From: Pseudobdellovibrionaceae bacterium
Lineage (GTDB): Bacteria; Bdellovibrionota; Bdellovibrionia; Bdellovibrionales; UBA1609
Direction of reading: 5' to 3'
NCBI GenBank assembly: GCA_025354795.1
Contig: JANXMF010000075.1
Span: forward strand, 3,161 to 67,160
Length of the DNA stretch: 64,000 nucleotides
Each line of letters begins with the position of its first letter. Within the stretch, counting starts at the first letter, position 1. Shown here one piece after another: positions 59,299 through 64,000 of the stretch. The notes beneath the pieces are model-generated. The model saw only the letters and a program-made list of their open reading frames with translations. It was not told the DNA's origin and ran no database searches. A program made the translations under genes and the position numbers.

Positions 59299-59921
59299 TG
59301 CGATTTGAGCTCCTTGAGTGATAGCGGTTTTGATATCACTTCGGCTTTTCCTGTCAGCGGATGGATAGCGATGGTCCATGCCGCGGTTTTTTCGCCTTTG
59401 ATGTGAATGGCGGCTTCGTCCACTAAACCTTGGGGCAAGTAGTGGATAAAGGCACGGCCATGAGTGATGGCATCTTTGGCGCGGCTCAATTCCACTTTTT
59501 CAAAGGTCATGCCTTGTGGAAGTTCGCGCGGCTTTTTGATCATGCTCTTGTCCACTTCAAAGGCGCGCGGGTCTTTTCCTTTTTTTGGATCTTTGTCTTG
59601 CGCGGCTTTGAACGCTTCGTCTTCCTCATTGGCTTTGAGCACGGTGCCACCATTGGCTTTTTCCACCCAGTACAGCTGCACCGGGCGTTTGCCGCTGGTG
59701 TCTTCTTGCATGTCGATCACCAAGCGATAAACCACGCCTTGCAATTTCGCACGGGTGTGGAGCTCGCGGCTCAAAACGCTTAGCTCGCGCAGCACCGCTT
59801 TGGTTTTCGAATTGCGGCTTCCGATGTAAGGCATCGACAAGGCCACGACGCCGCCCATGATCGCGAGCACGACCATCAGTTCGATCAGTGTGAAACCATG
59901 TTGTGGTAAGAGCTTGCGCAT
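59295..59921 (-). CDS. gspH: type II secretion minor pseudopilin H
   Basis: GFTLIELMVV motif; gene order. Confidence 0.8.
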   Translation of the reverse strand: MRKLLPQHGFTLIELMVVLAIMGGVVALSMPYIGSRNSKTKAVLRELSVLSRELHTRAKLQGVVYRLVIDMQEDTSGKRPVQLYWVEKANGGTVLKANEEDEAFKAAQDKDPKKGKDPRAFEVDKSMIKKPRELPQGMTFEKVELSRAKDAITHGRAFIHYLPQGLVDEAAIHIKGEKTAAWTIAIHPLTGKAEVISKPLSLKELKSQ

Positions 59922-59922
59922 G

Positions 59923-59955
59923 TTCTCCAGTCTGGGTCATTCCCAGACTGGAGAA
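59923..59955 (-). promoter_or_regulatory. perfect 14-bp stem-loop between gspG and gspH
   Basis: TTCTCCAGTCTGGG-N5-CCCAGACTGGAGAA; no U tract; includes the GGAG just before the gspH ATG. Confidence 0.75.
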
Positions 59956-59964
59956 TAGCACTAA

Positions 59965-60384
59965 TTAATCGGCAGAGGAAATATCAGCCGCATCACCCGA
60001 GCCACCCTCTTTGCGATCCGATCCCAGGCTTTTTAAAACATAATTGTTGCCGGTGGAAGTGTACTGGAAGTCGCCGCCCCACGGGTCTTTATTCACCTTT
60101 TTTAGATAGGGATCGGGCCCCCAGTTCGAACAGGTTGAGGGCGCGGTCACGAGTGCGTTTAAACCCTCTTCAGTCGAAGGGTAGTTGTTGCAGTCGGTAA
60201 AGAACATATCGAGAGCTTTGCCGTACTCTGAAATTTGAATTTTGGCCTGACGAATTTTAGCGCTTTTTAATCGGCCCTGGACTTGAGTCGCGAGAATAGC
60301 GATCAATCCGCCGAGGATCACCAACACGATCATGATCTCAAGCAACGTCATACCTTTTTCATTGTTTTTTAATCGAATTTTCAT
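59965..60384 (-). CDS. gspG: type II secretion major pseudopilin G
   Basis: GMTLLEIM, YP.T.EGL.AL, W...YL and DPWG..FQY motifs. Confidence 0.93.
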   Translation of the reverse strand: MKIRLKNNEKGMTLLEIMIVLVILGGLIAILATQVQGRLKSAKIRQAKIQISEYGKALDMFFTDCNNYPSTEEGLNALVTAPSTCSNWGPDPYLKKVNKDPWGGDFQYTSTGNNYVLKSLGSDRKEGGSGDAADISSAD

Positions 60385-60422
60385 TTCTTACGCTCCCTCA
60401 AATTGCAAAACAGAAACTTAAA

Positions 60423-61649
60423 CTATCCGCCCAGGCTCGACAATTGAAACATAGGAATCATGATCGCAAATACGATAATTCCAATAACGCAACCCATCAC
60501 AATTATCATTAACGGTTCCAACAAAGAGGTGAGACCGGAGATCGAAGTCTTCACTTGGAAATCGTAAGCGTCACTCACTTGCAGCAGCATGTTTTCAAGC
60601 TCTCCGGTTTTTTCACCGATGTTGATCATGTGAATGACGATGGGAGGAAACTGCCCGGATTTTTTAAGCGGGCCGGCGATCGATTCCCCCTCGGAAATAT
60701 TGAGGCGGCCCACGTCGATGGCTGCGGCGATGACTTCGTTGTCGACCACGTTGCGCACGATTCCCATCGCCGAGAGCATGGGAACGCCCCCGTTGAGCAG
60801 GGTGGAAAGGGTGCGCGTGAAGCGGCTCACAGCGACAATGCGTCCAAGTTTGCCCACGACCGGTATTTGTAAAAAGATGCGATCCCACTGAGCGCGGCCC
60901 TTGGGAGTATTTTTCCAGTTGCGAAAGAGCAGGAAGCCGACGGTGGAAGAGATCATCAAGACATGCCAGTAGTTGACCAAAAAGCCCGAGATGTCGATGA
61001 CCACCAGCGTGTACCACGGCAGCTTCAACTCGGGCGAAGACTCAAACACCGTCACGATTTTTGGAATCACGTAAACAAACAAAACACCGAGCAATAAGCC
61101 GGTGAATCCGAGCATCATAATCGGGTAGAGCATGGCGGACTTCACTTTGGCGCTCAGCTCGGTTTGTGATTCTTTGAATTCAGCGAGACGAATCAAGATC
61201 ACATCGAGGGTTCCCGACATTTCACCCGCTTCACACATGCTCACGTACATTTTGTCGAAGACCTTTGGATATTTTCCCAGCGATTTGTGAAGCGTGCCGC
61301 CTTCGTTGACCGCATTTTTGATCTCGGCGATGATCTCGGCTAAATAGGCATTTTCAATTTGTTCGGAAACCGCTTGCAGCGAATCCACCAGTGGAATATT
61401 GGCTTTAAGCAGAGTCGCGAGCTGACGGGTCATCATCGACAGATCGGTGACGTTCACGCCTTTTTGGCGCACGGCCTTTTTGCCCTTCGCCTTGCGGCTG
61501 GCGGCGGTTTTGCCTTTGTCTTTGATATCGGTGACGAAAATCCCGTCTTTTTTTAGCCGGGTTTTGGCGGTGCGCACGTTGTCGGTGTCGACGGTCCCGC
61601 GCACTGAGCGGCCAGCACTATTTAGTCCGCGGTACTCAAATATTGGCAT
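60423..61649 (-). CDS. gspF: type II secretion inner membrane protein F
   Basis: TRQLATLL.A, AGE.SG.L, GEKTGEL and LLEP motifs. Confidence 0.95.
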   Translation of the reverse strand: MPIFEYRGLNSAGRSVRGTVDTDNVRTAKTRLKKDGIFVTDIKDKGKTAASRKAKGKKAVRQKGVNVTDLSMMTRQLATLLKANIPLVDSLQAVSEQIENAYLAEIIAEIKNAVNEGGTLHKSLGKYPKVFDKMYVSMCEAGEMSGTLDVILIRLAEFKESQTELSAKVKSAMLYPIMMLGFTGLLLGVLFVYVIPKIVTVFESSPELKLPWYTLVVIDISGFLVNYWHVLMISSTVGFLLFRNWKNTPKGRAQWDRIFLQIPVVGKLGRIVAVSRFTRTLSTLLNGGVPMLSAMGIVRNVVDNEVIAAAIDVGRLNISEGESIAGPLKKSGQFPPIVIHMINIGEKTGELENMLLQVSDAYDFQVKTSISGLTSLLEPLMIIVMGCVIGIIVFAIMIPMFQLSSLGG

Positions 61650-61650
61650 T

Positions 61651-63339
61651 TTACTGATCCATTTGCGTACTGCTTAGGACTTCTTCAATCGTGGTGATCC
61701 CACTCAATACTTTTTGTATACCATGATCGCGGAAGGTCAACATGCCATTGGCGATCGCTTGTTTCTTGATGGCGCTACCGTCTTTGCGCTGCATGATCAT
61801 GGTGCGGATGTCGTCGTTGATCAGCAACAATTCCTGGATCACGCTTCGCCCGACATAACCCTTTTGATTGCAGTGATTGCAGCCCACATGGCGGAAAATG
61901 GTGGCATCCTTGACTTGCTCACGGGTAAGTTCAAGCGAACGCAAGTCCACATCGGTCGCTACGTGTGGCTCCTTGCAGTGCGGGCAGAGTACGCGCACCA
62001 GCCGTTGGGCGACCACGCCCATGATCGACGTGGCGATCAAAAACGGCTCGCATCCCATATCGATCAAACGCGGAAAGGCACCGGCCGAATCATTGGTGTG
62101 AATGGTGGAGAGCACCAAGTGACCGGTCAGCGAGGCGTTGATCGCGATCTCGGCGGTTTCCAAGTCACGAATCTCCCCGATCATCACCACATCCGGATCT
62201 TGACGCAAAATCGAGCGCAGCCCGGTCGCGAATGTTAAGCCGATCTTGGAGTTGACCTGAATCTGGCCAATGCCGTGGATGCGTTGCTCCACCGGATCTT
62301 CCACCGTGATGATGTTCACGTCAGGTTTGTTAATCTTGGAAATCGCCGCGTATAGCGTGGTCGATTTGCCAGAGCCTGTCGGACCGGTGACGAGCATAAT
62401 GCCATAAGTTTTAGTGAGCAGATCATCGAGCTTGCCCAAAGTGTCGGGCGAAAAACCGAGCTGCACCAGCTCCAGCACGACATTGGATCGATCTTGCAAA
62501 CGCATAACCAGCCGCTCGCCAAATGCGGTCGGCACCGAACTCAAACGCACATCGATGTCTTTGCCGGCGAGCTTGAGTGGAATGCGTCCGTCCTGCGGGA
62601 GGCGCTTTTCGGCGATGTTGAGGTTGCCCATGACTTTGATCCGAGAGGTGATGGCATTTTGTAATTTCTTAGGCGGCTTGAATATATCAAATAAAATACC
62701 GTCAATGCGGAAGCGTACGACCATGTCGCGTTCGTAAGGCTCAACGTGAATATCGGAAGCTTTTTCTTTCACCGCGCGAAACAGCAGCGTGTTCACCAGC
62801 TTAATCACCGGCGCATCGTCATCACCCGACTCGAGCAAATCGATCACCGGATCATCGAGGTCGACTTCTTCGCTCTCAATATCGTCCATGCCTTCCAGGG
62901 CCGCGGTGCTCTTCTCGTAAACTCGGTTGATGGCATCTTGAATGCGGCTCGAAGTGGTAGCCATCGGATGCACGCGTTTATTGAACTTTACGCGCAAGTC
63001 TTCAAGCGCCTTGTGATTGAGTGGGTTGGTAGTGAGCACCAGCACGCGATCGGCCTCCTCTTTATAAGGCAGCACTTCTTGTGACTTGGCGTAGTTGATG
63101 GGAATTCCGCGCACCAGATCGACAGGAATATCGTTGACCGGAATGTCCTTGATAAACTCCACGCCCAGCAATTTGCAAAGTTCGGCCAGCGCCTCTTCGG
63201 GCGTACCGAAACTCATCCGTCCTAATATATCCGAGAACGTCTGGCCCTTGCGATCATGGGCGCGCAACAGAGTTTGCAATTGCTCTTCGCTGACACTGGT
63301 GCCTTTTTTAATCAAGGTTTCGAAGTTTGCAGATGCCAT
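61651..63339 (-). CDS. gspE: type II secretion ATPase E
   Basis: ASDIH.EP, GPTGSGKS, LRQDPD..MIGEIRD, TGHLV.ST.H and paired CxxC motifs. Confidence 0.96.
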   Translation of the reverse strand: MASANFETLIKKGTSVSEEQLQTLLRAHDRKGQTFSDILGRMSFGTPEEALAELCKLLGVEFIKDIPVNDIPVDLVRGIPINYAKSQEVLPYKEEADRVLVLTTNPLNHKALEDLRVKFNKRVHPMATTSSRIQDAINRVYEKSTAALEGMDDIESEEVDLDDPVIDLLESGDDDAPVIKLVNTLLFRAVKEKASDIHVEPYERDMVVRFRIDGILFDIFKPPKKLQNAITSRIKVMGNLNIAEKRLPQDGRIPLKLAGKDIDVRLSSVPTAFGERLVMRLQDRSNVVLELVQLGFSPDTLGKLDDLLTKTYGIMLVTGPTGSGKSTTLYAAISKINKPDVNIITVEDPVEQRIHGIGQIQVNSKIGLTFATGLRSILRQDPDVVMIGEIRDLETAEIAINASLTGHLVLSTIHTNDSAGAFPRLIDMGCEPFLIATSIMGVVAQRLVRVLCPHCKEPHVATDVDLRSLELTREQVKDATIFRHVGCNHCNQKGYVGRSVIQELLLINDDIRTMIMQRKDGSAIKKQAIANGMLTFRDHGIQKVLSGITTIEEVLSSTQMDQ

Positions 63340-64000
63340 CTTTACCTCAGGTTACAGGAAGCGGACGTCAGGAACAAGGTCGCAATGGAACAGGGCTTAA
63401 GACCAGGCTTGTGGTCCTCCGCCAAGCGTTCGCGGCTAAGCGCATTTTTAGCAGCGCGAGGTTAAAGCCAGATGAAATGCGGCTGAACTGTGGCTCATCT
63501 CATTTTGAGACGGTTACTGTTTTCGCCGGCGTTGGCATTTTTGCTCTCTACATTCGACCATGGTGAAGGAAACGATCTTTTCACCACGGATTGGCAAACA
63601 AGGCTTGAGCCATTTTTATGGACTTTTCCCCATGTATGGAATCTCGACACCCTTATGCGCAATTTGTCGCATTTTGGCCCATATTGCGGAAATGATCTCA
63701 ACGGATCTGGCGAGCAATGCATCCCATTCTGAGCTATTTTGATTGGCGCAGGCTTTGAAATAATCAAGTGCATAGATGCGAAGGAGTTCTGTTTTGCGCT
63801 TAATTTGGGTTTGTATGTTAACAATATTATTGATGCCGACTCCAGGGCATTCCCACGAGTTAGCTGACGGCGGTGGCGGTCGCCCTCGGCCCGCAGATCC
63901 GGCGAGGGGACTAGTCCCAGTATCGGCCTCAGAACTTAGCGGTCGCGCACCTATCATTCCTCTCATTAAAAAGTACTTCGACAAGTGCGTGGAGAAAGCC

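Noticed and set aside
60349..60351. GspG with Met instead of Phe at +1 after the prepilin cleavage site
   Set aside because: Met at +1 is a tolerated variant; Gly-1 and Glu+5 are intact.
30754..63084. Many long antisense and alternate-frame ORFs over housekeeping and gsp genes
   Set aside because: These are shadow ORFs expected from codon bias; they lack motifs and fully overlap well-supported genes.

Overview
The window looks like chromosomal DNA from a Bdellovibrionota-like bacterium; this is inferred from gene content and order, not from a database search. Left part (1-28.9 kb): a heme operon (3' end of hemE, hemN, HemY-type oxidase, hemH), tatA and a patchwork of accessory genes. These include exported peptidases, a secreted Cys/Gly-rich gene trio, a cNMP-EAL phosphodiesterase, a NitT/TauT ABC transporter, and a PilZ-GNAT / heme-oxygenase-like oxidase / adenylate cyclase cassette flanked by copies of a MITE-like repeat. 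Right part (29-63.3 kb): housekeeping genes (rimP-nusA-infB-rbfA-truB-rpsO-pnp, dut, mutL-miaA-yicC-gmk-rpoZ-rel, ssb) and a type II secretion cluster gspE to gspN. The most striking locus is absent from the ORF track. It is a minus-strand tRNA-Leu(CAA) split by a 254-nt group I intron, whose predicted 5' splice site is C:G rather than U-G. Upstream, a diverged intron-less 5' half of the same tRNA ends exactly at the anticodon loop and sits behind a sigma70-like promoter. Att-like motifs lie between the two copies and a truncated PIN toxin gene lies downstream. All product calls rest on motif recognition by eye; no searches were run.
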